DNA from: Nitrosopumilales archaeon
GTDB lineage: Archaea > Thermoproteota > Nitrososphaeria > Nitrososphaerales > Nitrososphaeraceae
Length of the DNA stretch: 64,000 nt
Direction of reading: 5' to 3'
Assembly: GCA_044507735.1 (NCBI GenBank)
Contig: JBIQJB010000011.1
Location: forward strand, 1 to 64,000
Shown: piece after piece, positions 1 to 8,860 of the stretch
Numbering within the stretch: position 1 is the first letter of the stretch
Layout: every line of letters begins with the position of its first letter
The notes under the pieces: generated by a model
What the model saw: only the letters and a program-made list of their open reading frames with translations
What the model was told of the DNA's origin: nothing
Database searches by the model: none
Translations under genes and position numbers: made by a program

Positions 1-1100
1 TGCACTGATACGTGCTTGCTTTCGGCACTTGTCATCTCTATTCCGCTGTTGCCGAGGATCTGTCGCTTTATCTCCAGCGTCCACTTGTTCTTGATGTACC
101 TCGCCGGCTGCTTTGAATTCAGGGTCCAGCGGACCTTTTTCCGCAGCGCAAATTCCGGCAGGTACCCAGAGTCGTGCTCGATGCTGGAGTGCCTCAGGCA
201 GTAGGGGTTCCACTTTTTTGTTTTCAGAAGGTATTCCAGCTTTTGCCGCTCGCTTTCGTCCTTGACAAGCCCGCCCTTGAGCACCGCCTTGATCCTTTCC
301 CGCAGCTGCATCATCATGAACCAGATGCGATCTGGAGTCAGAGGCTTGCCGGTGTTCAGGTCGCAGATGAGCCGGGCGTCCGGAACGTCTTTGAGCGGGT
401 GGAGGTTGAGCCAGTCCCGCACGTAGGGAAACGAGGCTGTCAGCAGGATGGGGCCGCTGCCAGTCTTGCCGTACGGTATCTCGCCCTCGCCGTAGTTCTC
501 CTTCAAGCGTACGTTCTTGATGCGCAGGTTTGTCACCTCGTGGTTGCGCGCGTTGAGGTCCCACATGAGCATGATCGCCGCCTTGTTGCGCTGCTGCGGC
601 TCGTACTTGACGACGGTCAGCAGCTCTTCAAGCTCCCAGACTTCTGTGGCGGAGTATGGGCTGGCCCGCCAGCTTTTCTTGGGCTTTAGCTGGACAAAGC
701 CCGGGGTCTTCCATTCAGAAACAGGCAGGCGCTTCATCTCGTCGCTGGCGTTCCTGTAGTTGTGCACCCAGCGATAGAACAGCTTGATCCTGTTGAGGTA
801 ATCGTTCCATGTCGTGATCCACTTGCCCTCTGGGTCTTCGTCGCTGGTCTTCTCCTTTGTAGCAAGGAACTTTAGGACAAGCTCTTTCTTGTTGACGTCG
901 AGAAGCGTCATTTCGGGCTCGTTTGCCCTTAGCCACCGTGCGAAATTCATTATGGCCTTGGGGTTGTTCTTTTGATGGGCTTCTGAGGACTGGTTATCCT
1001 TCATCCACAGGTAGAACTCCTGGATAAGCGATCCGTTAGCAGCATCTTCCTTCTGGAGTTCGTCCAGACCTTTGAGGATAGTAGCCAGCGTTGCGGGCAT
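1..1100 (-). CDS. Tyrosine recombinase/integrase of a neighbouring element (3' end runs off the window)
   Basis: Not in the ORF track. Manual translation from ATG at 1100 gives MPATLATILKGLDELQKED...KWITTWNDYLNRIKLFYRW...WDLNARNHEVT...WNPYCLRHSSI...ARYIK, colinear with the integrase at 35610-36977. Confidence 0.9.
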   Translation of the reverse strand, partial: MPATLATILKGLDELQKEDAANGSLIQEFYLWMKDNQSSEAHQKNNPKAIMNFARWLRANEPEMTLLDVNKKELVLKFLATKEKTSDEDPEGKWITTWNDYLNRIKLFYRWVHNYRNASDEMKRLPVSEWKTPGFVQLKPKKSWRASPYSATEVWELEELLTVVKYEPQQRNKAAIMLMWDLNARNHEVTNLRIKNVRLKENYGEGEIPYGKTGSGPILLTASFPYVRDWLNLHPLKDVPDARLICDLNTGKPLTPDRIWFMMMQLRERIKAVLKGGLVKDESERQKLEYLLKTKKWNPYCLRHSSIEHDSGYLPEFALRKKVRWTLNSKQPARYIKNKWTLEIKRQILGNSGIEMTSAESKHVSV

Positions 1101-1145
1101 CCTATAACTTGTATAAAAACATCATGCATTTGAACCCTATTTTTA

Positions 1146-1164
1146 GTGGGGCCAGTGGGATTTG
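1146..1164 (+). repeat. Left attachment site (19-bp copy of the tRNA-Pro 3' end)
   Basis: GTGGGGCCAGTGGGATTTG is identical to 37095-37113 within the tRNA-Pro gene. Confidence 0.9.
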
Positions 1165-1440
1165 GTGTTGTCATAGTGGTGGGTTCAAGTCCCCAAGCTT
1201 TATAGTTTTTGATAATATTAGAGTGGAGGATGGTGGGGATTTGAATCCGAAATTCTTGCGCGTGGGTTCAATTTTCCCATAAGCGTAAGAAAGTATCCGG
1301 AGCTTTAAAGTTTATGATGCAAGATGTGCTGGACTCGAATTTGAACTCTACTTCGTTTTGATGGTTCTTCATTTCTCTCCGACTTGAAATTAGTAGGAGT
1401 ACAACAAAGATTAGGGTTGTGGCATTTGAGCGGTCAGGGA

Positions 1441-2541
1441 CTACTTAACTGTTATAGTCCCGACCTTGTTTGGATGAAGCGTGCAATAATATTGATATTC
1501 ACCGGGTTCTGTAAATACAAAATCGAATGTCTCATCCGGAGCCATGACTCCACCAAAGAAATCGCCTAGTCCTGATGGCTCCTTTGTTGCTGTATGAACA
1601 AAATCATCTTCATTTTTCCAGATGACTCTGTCTCCAACGTTTATCTCAAGATTTGCCGGCTCATATGTTGCGTCACTTTCTAGGTCGGGGTCATTACCTT
1701 GTATTTCTACTTCATGCTCTTCCATAGTATTTCTATTGTCATCATCTTCTTCTTCGCTACTGTCAGCTTGGCCCGATTCCTGTTCTTCTTCTTGTGGCGG
1801 CATCACTTCAGGGAGTGATGCCGAACCGGACGAGCTTGGACGACCGGAGTCAGCTATTTGTACAGCTTTGGATATTTCAAATGTATCGCCCGAGACACTA
1901 TCCTCTATTATGTAAGTAATCACATAGTCTCCTTCTGGAAAGGGGGACTCCTGAGTTAACGTTAATTCGAAAAACAATTCCGTATTCATTCTATGAGACG
2001 TAATGTCTCCCGCCGGCACATCAGGAATTCTCTGTAATTCGTTTCCTTGGTCGTCGGAAATAATATAGTCGGCAGTCATTGCCATATGGTAGAGGGTTTC
2101 TCCCTGCTCTGAAAGGACGGGCTCATGTGCAAAACCGACGATTTCCACATACAGGATTATCGGCTCCCCGGGAGCAAATACATTGTCTGATTCATGTTCT
2201 TCGAACACCCCATATCCAAGTGCCGTGCCGGGTTCAATGAAGGTGTTAAAAGTCGCATTAAATGCGGTGTTATTCCACGCAAGCAAATACGCTTGTCTGG
2301 CTTCTTCAAGACTGAGTATGCCAGAAGAATTATTATTATCTGCTGAAGAAGAGAGTGGCGATTGTAATTGGCCCTGCCCCTGCACTCCTTGAGGTGCTAC
2401 AGAAGTAGTAGATTGTTGCGCAAGCGTTGGAACAAGAACAATCGGTGAAGAAGCAATGACGACTGCAGTTATGGTAAAAAAGATCCCAAATGTTATTTTT
2501 CTATGACGTGCATCAACACTAAACATTGCATTACACAGCAT
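1441..2541 (-). CDS. Secreted/membrane-anchored protein with C-terminal cupredoxin (plastocyanin-like) domain
   Basis: N-terminal hydrophobic segment and acidic linker. C-terminus has YEPANLEINVGDRVIWKN..VHTAT...PGEYQYYCTLHPNKVG. Confidence 0.8.
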   Translation of the reverse strand: MLCNAMFSVDARHRKITFGIFFTITAVVIASSPIVLVPTLAQQSTTSVAPQGVQGQGQLQSPLSSSADNNNSSGILSLEEARQAYLLAWNNTAFNATFNTFIEPGTALGYGVFEEHESDNVFAPGEPIILYVEIVGFAHEPVLSEQGETLYHMAMTADYIISDDQGNELQRIPDVPAGDITSHRMNTELFFELTLTQESPFPEGDYVITYIIEDSVSGDTFEISKAVQIADSGRPSSSGSASLPEVMPPQEEEQESGQADSSEEEDDDNRNTMEEHEVEIQGNDPDLESDATYEPANLEINVGDRVIWKNEDDFVHTATKEPSGLGDFFGGVMAPDETFDFVFTEPGEYQYYCTLHPNKVGTITVK

Positions 2542-2742
2542 GACAAGAAATAAAAATAAAGTAAAACATCATTCGGAATTATCCTCTTACAGCGTGACCT
2601 TCAGCTTTATACAAGAATTATTTTCATATTGCAATCCACTCATTGATGATTTAGTCGATCGAAAATCGATTGAGTTCAAGTGGCTATCCTGCATTCATTT
2701 TTTGACCCTTTAATCAGCCAAAGGAAATTGCTGTCTTACAGC

Positions 2743-2904
2743 CTACTGTTTGCGCACTGCTGCAACGTCTTCTCCCTCTTTAGGTATTACGTGAATAACC
2801 CAAGGGAACCGCTTGCCATTCAAGATCTGTTTTACGCATTTCTCAAACTCATCGCCATGAGGTGGAAGGTCTGGAAAGCGCGCGTGTGCCAGCTCGTGCG
2901 CCAT
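2743..2904 (-). pseudogene. C-terminal fragment of an HExxH zinc metallopeptidase-like gene
   Basis: Manual translation MAHELAHARFPDLPPHGDEFEKCVKQIL (HExxH..H..F pattern). An in-frame stop lies just upstream. Confidence 0.5.
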
Positions 2905-2921
2905 GGTCTCATAACGACCGC

Positions 2922-3375
2922 AGGATAGAGACTAGGAGGCATGACACGCCTGCATATTTTGCCAAGTTTCAGCAGGAAATACTGGCAATAATGGCTCAGG
3001 GCAATAATATCAAAGAAGTCCGGGCGCTGATGCCTAAAGTGAAAGAGACTTTTGAGGGATACAAGCTGCAGCTAAAGGAATGCAGAGTTCCGCTTGTTGA
3101 CCTCCTCTTTACAAAAATGCTGTCCAAGGATTCTAATGCGTATTCTGCAAACACCGCTCAAAACTTGCGCGATCTATCAGCTAGAGGATGAAGGAAAATC
3201 TATGAAGACAGGCCAGATAATACAATATATCATAGCAGACCACTGCAGAAGAAAGGCAATCCCGATTGAGCTTATAGATGACAAGACGACTTATGACTCA
3301 AAAAGGTATATTGAATTGCTGGCTCAGACTAGTAACTCTGTAACAGAGCCTTTTGGGCTAGTGATCTCAACATGA
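2922..3375 (+). pseudogene. Frameshifted C-terminal fragment of a family-B DNA polymerase (PolB2-like)
   Basis: RIETRRHDTP...FQQEIL...LLFTKMLSKDSNAY continues in another frame as GQIIQYII...YDSKRYIELL. This resembles the PolB thumb region; catalytic motifs are absent. Confidence 0.65.
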
Positions 3376-3400
3376 TGCAATGATGTGTGATTGTACTGGT

Positions 3401-4533
3401 TCAGCCAGTCTTCCAGACTCTTCCGCAGCATGTACAGATTTCGGACGCAGTCGAGTTGGTTTTACACCAGCTATCATACCAGAGTAACTTCTGTCTGTCT
3501 CGCTGGATAGCCTCTAATTCATGATTAAATTTTCCCAATCTTAATTCGTGCTCCTTTCGTTTCCTTTCTCCAATACATTCTTCTTCCAAATCTGATTCAT
3601 TGGCTAGAACCATATGCCTGCTGAATGCTTCATTGAATTCATATAGCGTGACCTAATTGCCTGTTCCGTTCTTATCCAGACAATCCTGTTGCGGCTCACA
3701 TTCGATTTGCGACAGAAGATCAGATTCTTTAGCATTCCAGTAGCGCTCAAGCTCATCATATTTCTAACTTCGATAACTAAGATAGGACCAAAAAGTTCTT
3801 TCACTATTATCAGTGCTTTTCTGAAATATTGAGAATATTCAACAAAATCAGGCAGGCCGTCATTCCTTGCCCTAAGCCTGAGACCGATTAGCTTCAATAT
3901 GATGCTTTCCATAGCACAGCGGTTTATTAGGGGAGATGGAGATTGATCGGAAAGGTTTTTACCGATAAAACTCATTGCGAGGGATTCGTATGAATCGAGA
4001 TTTTGGTCCAAACGTCTTGCTAACATCCTTACGTCACCTTGTGAAATATTCCCAAATCGATGTTCAGGAGGAACGTCTACTTCAATAATTCTAGGTGCGA
4101 GATGAAACTTCTGTGATTCTCTTTTTTCTTTGATTGATGTTACTTGCTGTACTATCCAAGATAAACTAAAATCTACTTGGTGCACGCAGTATTCGTAAAC
4201 AGGATAACCAGAATTTGCCAATGCTCTTCTGCGAAGTCTGTCCATGACTGCTTGATGGGGATTCTTGTGTAATGGACCCAGAATTTCAACGATAAAATCA
4301 TTGGCTATTAAGAAATCAGGGATGAAGAATGTGCAACTTGATAGCCAAAATTCCGGTTCAAGAACGAATTCCACGCCTTTACCTTATAATGCTTGTGCAA
4401 GTCTTATGGCTGTAAAGGATGATTAAGACTTTAGAAAATTTGGCTTGATGTATGAGGGATTATTATGACCGCATATTCTGCAGTATTTTTCCTCCTGCCT
4501 TAAACTATTGTTGTCGCAATCACTGCATCTCAT
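3401..4533 (-). pseudogene. Zn-ribbon plus DUF559/Vsr-like endonuclease domain protein, disrupted
   Basis: ATG at 4533 gives MRCSDC...YCRICGH, in frame with ORF 3604-4374 but with two intervening stops. The ORF has IPDFLI..FIVEILGPLH...DRLRRRAL..SGY. ORF 3401-3613 is a probable frameshifted tail. Confidence 0.55.
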
Positions 4534-4645
4534 TAGAGAGTGTACTTTACGATGGTAGTCAATTATTTGAACTTTTGAAAAACCTTCACAAGTTCATTCC
4601 CGCTTCTCAAAATTAGAAAGGCCGTCTTCACTTGGCATTTTCTAA

Positions 4646-5806
4646 CTAGTTCTTATCATGTACCGTGTGCTCTCTAGAATCTTGCTTTTCAGCCGCCGCT
4701 CTTGAAAGATGATAATCAAGCGACCCAATGTTACTCTTTAGGGACTCCTCGAACTCCTTCAATGCCAGTGCAGGCGATCTATCCTTGCATTTTTCCTCAG
4801 CGTATCTTTCAGTGACTTCTTTTTCAAGAGTCCTTGCAGAGCGAGCGCCAATTTTTAAGATAAAGGTCATGTCATTTTCTTTATCTAGTGCTTTTTCGGC
4901 CTCCACTATCTTTAGCTGGAGTGCCAATTCATACAATTCTTTTGTGATCCGCTGCACGTCTTCGGCCTGCAATTTTGGCAACTCCTTTTGGGTCATTTGA
5001 ATCAGCTCATGCAGCCAGAACTTTTTTTCTTGTCCTGCATTTGTAAGAATCACCTCTTGTATGATCCGCTCAAAAACTCGCGACAGGATCCTGCATATAT
5101 GCGACGTGGGCGCAATCTTGAATCCCTCTATTTGCCCACGAGACTCTGTCTTTTCAAATAGGCTCCTTCTCAGCTTTTCATCTTTGTGCAGCTGTCCTTT
5201 TCTGATGAGCTTTCCTGTCTGTTCCCCGTCGGCAGAGCCTGTCAAATTGAATAGTTTCAGCGTAAAGCGGAATAGGTCGACAGTCCAGAGACAGACAGGC
5301 TCGTTATTATCCTGCAACGCTTTGCCTACCTCTTCGATGTCTTGTGAAAGGCCACAGATCACGTATTCGATGTCGGAGATTTCGCCCCCAATTTCATCCT
5401 CCAATTCCTTTTTGTGGTCTTGAACATTTTTTATCTGATCTGCAAGGGGCGTCAAGACACTCTTGCGTGCGTCGCCTATCGATGATTTGCATTCAATCAT
5501 GATTGCCCTCTTTGATTCTCTATTATAGATTACAAGGTCAAAGATCTTGTTGCCCTCTTTTTCTCCTCTATACCTGTAGAGCGGATCAACTGTAATGAAG
5601 TGATATCCAGTGGACGTCAGCGGCCCGCTTTCAGAGAATGCAAAAGCACACATGTTTACAATCATGCTATGCACCTGATCCCGCTGGATTTCATTTAGAA
5701 GGGACTTTTTGCACTCTGTGGAGTGTTTTAGAAGAAGGTTATCTAAAATAGTTCGCTGGTCTTTTGCAAGCTTTTCTCGGTATTTGCTGAAATCTTCTGA
5801 GGGCAT
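4646..5806 (-). CDS. Hypothetical protein with PD-(D/E)xK nuclease-like motif
   Basis: 386-aa ORF containing KIFDLVIYN...AIMIECKS. Confidence 0.65.
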   Translation of the reverse strand: MPSEDFSKYREKLAKDQRTILDNLLLKHSTECKKSLLNEIQRDQVHSMIVNMCAFAFSESGPLTSTGYHFITVDPLYRYRGEKEGNKIFDLVIYNRESKRAIMIECKSSIGDARKSVLTPLADQIKNVQDHKKELEDEIGGEISDIEYVICGLSQDIEEVGKALQDNNEPVCLWTVDLFRFTLKLFNLTGSADGEQTGKLIRKGQLHKDEKLRRSLFEKTESRGQIEGFKIAPTSHICRILSRVFERIIQEVILTNAGQEKKFWLHELIQMTQKELPKLQAEDVQRITKELYELALQLKIVEAEKALDKENDMTFILKIGARSARTLEKEVTERYAEEKCKDRSPALALKEFEESLKSNIGSLDYHLSRAAAEKQDSREHTVHDKN

Positions 5807-5823
5807 GGGTGCAACATTCCATC

Positions 5824-6975
5824 CTAGGGAATAGTACTTGCTCTAATCTCTGCTTTGAGGTCCAGTCGCTCAGTTATCATCTTGTAGAACTGCATCATTG
5901 AATCAAAGTTAGTGTCTTTCCTTGGGCTTAGAGTTATCTTCTCCGAGTTGCCGGTTATATTAAATCCAATATTCTTGTTCCTGTCAACTATGGTCCCGCT
6001 TAGGTGGATGCTGCCAGGCATCAGCAGCATGTCGAATATCTCAAAGTTGAAATCCTCTCCTGACATGTTATCAACCAGTCTTTCTACTTCGCTGAAGTCA
6101 ATTTCACGGCTGAATACAATGTCTACGGGAATTACCTTCGGTAGCTTCACCTCTTTTTTGCCCATATTGACAGGGATAAATTCGATCTTTGCCTTTTCGA
6201 TAAGCGCCTTTGTCTCTAGAACTTTGGCCAATACCTCGTTGATTATGTTAAAGAGAAAGTCAAGGTCGCCATGAGCGAACGCGAACCTTCCCATGTTTGT
6301 AATCCTGAATTTGCAGACATTTAGTATGTTGAATAGGATTGAGGTCGGTAGAACGCCATACGCTTTGCTTAGCTCGTCTAGCGTGAATCTTCCGTCATCT
6401 GCCATGTACTTGAAGTATCGTTCTTCATAATTCGGTCTAATGACGTCCTCTCCGTTCATTTTGTATCGATGAGCATGGAATTCGCTTATGATAGAGTCTG
6501 GATTTTTGCTTTGAATCTCTCTGCGGATCTTGTCAAATGTTATAGGATGGATCCATAGCGGAAATATGCCATTTGTATGGTTGACAAATCTGTCCATTGT
6601 TCTACCCGCTTCTTCCAGTGTGTCAGTGGTAAAGCATAGCAGCAGGCCTCTTTTGCGGTTAAAGTGGCAGTAGTATGTGGAGGTTGCTGTTGAAGTTTGT
6701 GCTGATGCGGTTTCAGTGTCGCTTGATTCTTCTTCTCTTGGCTTGGACTCTGAATCAGACGATGACGACCGTTCTATTCTTACCTCTACTATCTCGCCTA
6801 GCTCGGTAACATTGAAAGTCGGAAATCTCTTCATAGAGTCAAATAATCTTTCAGGCGTCAGGTTGGAGACATATGCAAGGATGCGGATCTCTTCGTTTGT
6901 GTTTCTATGGTGTACTTTAACCAAGTCCAAGAAACTCTCAAATGTGTGCTTTCCGGCCAATCCTTGAAGCGGCAT
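5824..6975 (-). CDS. Hypothetical protein, likely co-transcribed with 4646-5806
   Basis: 383-aa ORF with a 17-bp gap to the downstream gene and an AT-rich TATA-like region upstream. No recognisable motif. Confidence 0.75.
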   Translation of the reverse strand: MPLQGLAGKHTFESFLDLVKVHHRNTNEEIRILAYVSNLTPERLFDSMKRFPTFNVTELGEIVEVRIERSSSSDSESKPREEESSDTETASAQTSTATSTYYCHFNRKRGLLLCFTTDTLEEAGRTMDRFVNHTNGIFPLWIHPITFDKIRREIQSKNPDSIISEFHAHRYKMNGEDVIRPNYEERYFKYMADDGRFTLDELSKAYGVLPTSILFNILNVCKFRITNMGRFAFAHGDLDFLFNIINEVLAKVLETKALIEKAKIEFIPVNMGKKEVKLPKVIPVDIVFSREIDFSEVERLVDNMSGEDFNFEIFDMLLMPGSIHLSGTIVDRNKNIGFNITGNSEKITLSPRKDTNFDSMMQFYKMITERLDLKAEIRASTIP

Positions 6976-7163
6976 ATCTCTATATAGTATCTCTTATCTG
7001 GAATAGGTTATATTTTAATACGACGAAAATTAGCTATTAATTTCTACTATTTTACGCATGTTTTTTAGCTGCTTTGCCTCGGTTTCAAATAATTTGTACG
7101 CTAATCGTCGTTGTTTGATAGTAGCGGCCAAACTAATAAGCAAGCACCCATTACCATTGGTGC

Positions 7164-8665
7164 TTGACCAAGGACACCAGAATAACCTTCTATGGCGGCA
7201 TCCACGAGATAGGTGGCAACAAGTTCTTGGTCGAGGACAAGGGCACTCGTGTATTTCTTGACTTTGGAATGCAAATGGGCAAGGTAAACGACTATTTTTC
7301 AGAGTTTTTGAAGCCGAGGTCGCACAACGGCATGGGTGACCTGTTTGAGTTTGGACTGTTGCCCAAGCTACCGGGTTTATACAGACAGGATTACGCCAAG
7401 CATATGGGCTTTGACGGAAAGGAAGAGACTGCTTTTGACGCGCTGGTATTGACCCATGCCCACGTAAACCACGCTGCATACATCCATTATCTGCGGCCAG
7501 ACATTCCTGTTTACTGCTCAGAAGCTACAAAATTGATATTGCAAGGGATACAGGATACAGGCGGCAAAGAGGATTATCTGACATTCAAGCACAATTTCCG
7601 GATTTATGAAAACAAAAAGGGCGAGATGAGCCGCGGCAAGGAGAGGATTATCAGGAGCCAAGAATGATTTCCGTATTTGAAAATGCAAAAAAGTTTACCC
7701 TTGATTCTATAGAGGTCGAGCCATTGGCAGTGGATCATTCGTTGCCCGGCGTTACAGGGGTCATTCTGCATACATCAAACGGCTCTATTGGCTATACTGC
7801 CGACATCCGATATCACGGAAGAAGGGCTGGCGATACAGAGCGCTTTGTAGAGCGATGCGGCAATTCTGACATTGACGTTCTTTTATGCGAGGGAACCAGG
7901 GTTGAGGAGACGTTTTCCGCCACAGAGTTTAGCGTAGAGCAGGACGTCAAGACAATAGTGAACAAGACAAAGGGCCTTGTCGTATGCACATACCCAACTC
8001 GCGATCTGGATAGGCTGCTGTCATTTTACAATGCTGCAAAAGAGTCTGAAAGAGATCTAGTCATTGACCTAAAGCAAGCCTACCTCTTGAAGTTGTTTCG
8101 AACATCTGACCAATGGAAGAATGTCTTTCCAAAGCCGGATGACAAGCGAATCAAGATATACCTGCCAAGAAAGTCATGGGGCCTAGTTGGAAGAGACGAC
8201 ATTAACAGCTACTGGACTGAAAAGCAGCTGCTGCAGGATTACGACGTTTGGGAAAGAGAATTTGTTGACTATGGCAATGCTGTCAACTATCGTGACGTTT
8301 CGAGCAAGCAAAAGAATTACATCTTTTACTGCAGCGACTATCAATTGCAGCAACTAATCGACATAAGGCCGATAGAAGGTTCAAGTTACATCAGATCGCA
8401 GACAGAGCCCTTTGACGACGAAATGGAGCTTAAAGAAGAACGAGTGAAAAGATGGATTGAACATTTCGGATTGATTACAAGCGAAAAGGATTGGACTCAT
8501 ACCCATGTGTCAGGCCACGGCTCCGGCGACCAAATAAAGAAGGTTATCGAAGGCGCGAATCCGAGAACCGTCGTTCCTATTCATACTGAGCACTCTGAAT
8601 ATCATAAAAAGTGGTATGAGTCTGTGAAGGAGGTCGGACTAAACGAATCTTTAAAGCTGGGTTAA
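7164..8665 (+). pseudogene. MBL-fold beta-CASP (RNase J-like) hydrolase split by a frameshift near 7640
   Basis: GGIHEIGGN, LDFG and THAHVNH are in ORF1; VDHS, ADIRYHG, CEGT, HVSGH and PIHTEH are in ORF2. Adding one G at AAGGAG gives a continuous KGEDYQEPRMIS. Confidence 0.7.
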
Positions 8666-8860
8666 GGTAACAGAGCTTTGCCTGATCTTCCTGTTGTTGG
8701 TCAGCTGTTCCGCTAGTCAATCTTCCGAACGTTCAATGTGCATTGTATCTGGTTTTTCGGGATTGTAATTTAGCTTATGGTAAGATGTGACTTATGGATC
8801 GGTAACCCAGATTAAATAGCTAGAAAAATATTATAAATATCTCTGCTAGATGTTCCTATC

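Noticed and set aside
16-936. ORFs 16-204, 174-689, 517-759 and 715-936 in the track
   Set aside because: Shadow frames of the minus-strand integrase that runs off the window edge.
1175-1280. A second tRNA gene or CRISPR array near the left att
   Set aside because: Only T-arm-like fragments, with no cloverleaf and no regularly spaced repeats. No CRISPR array or cas gene was seen anywhere in the window.
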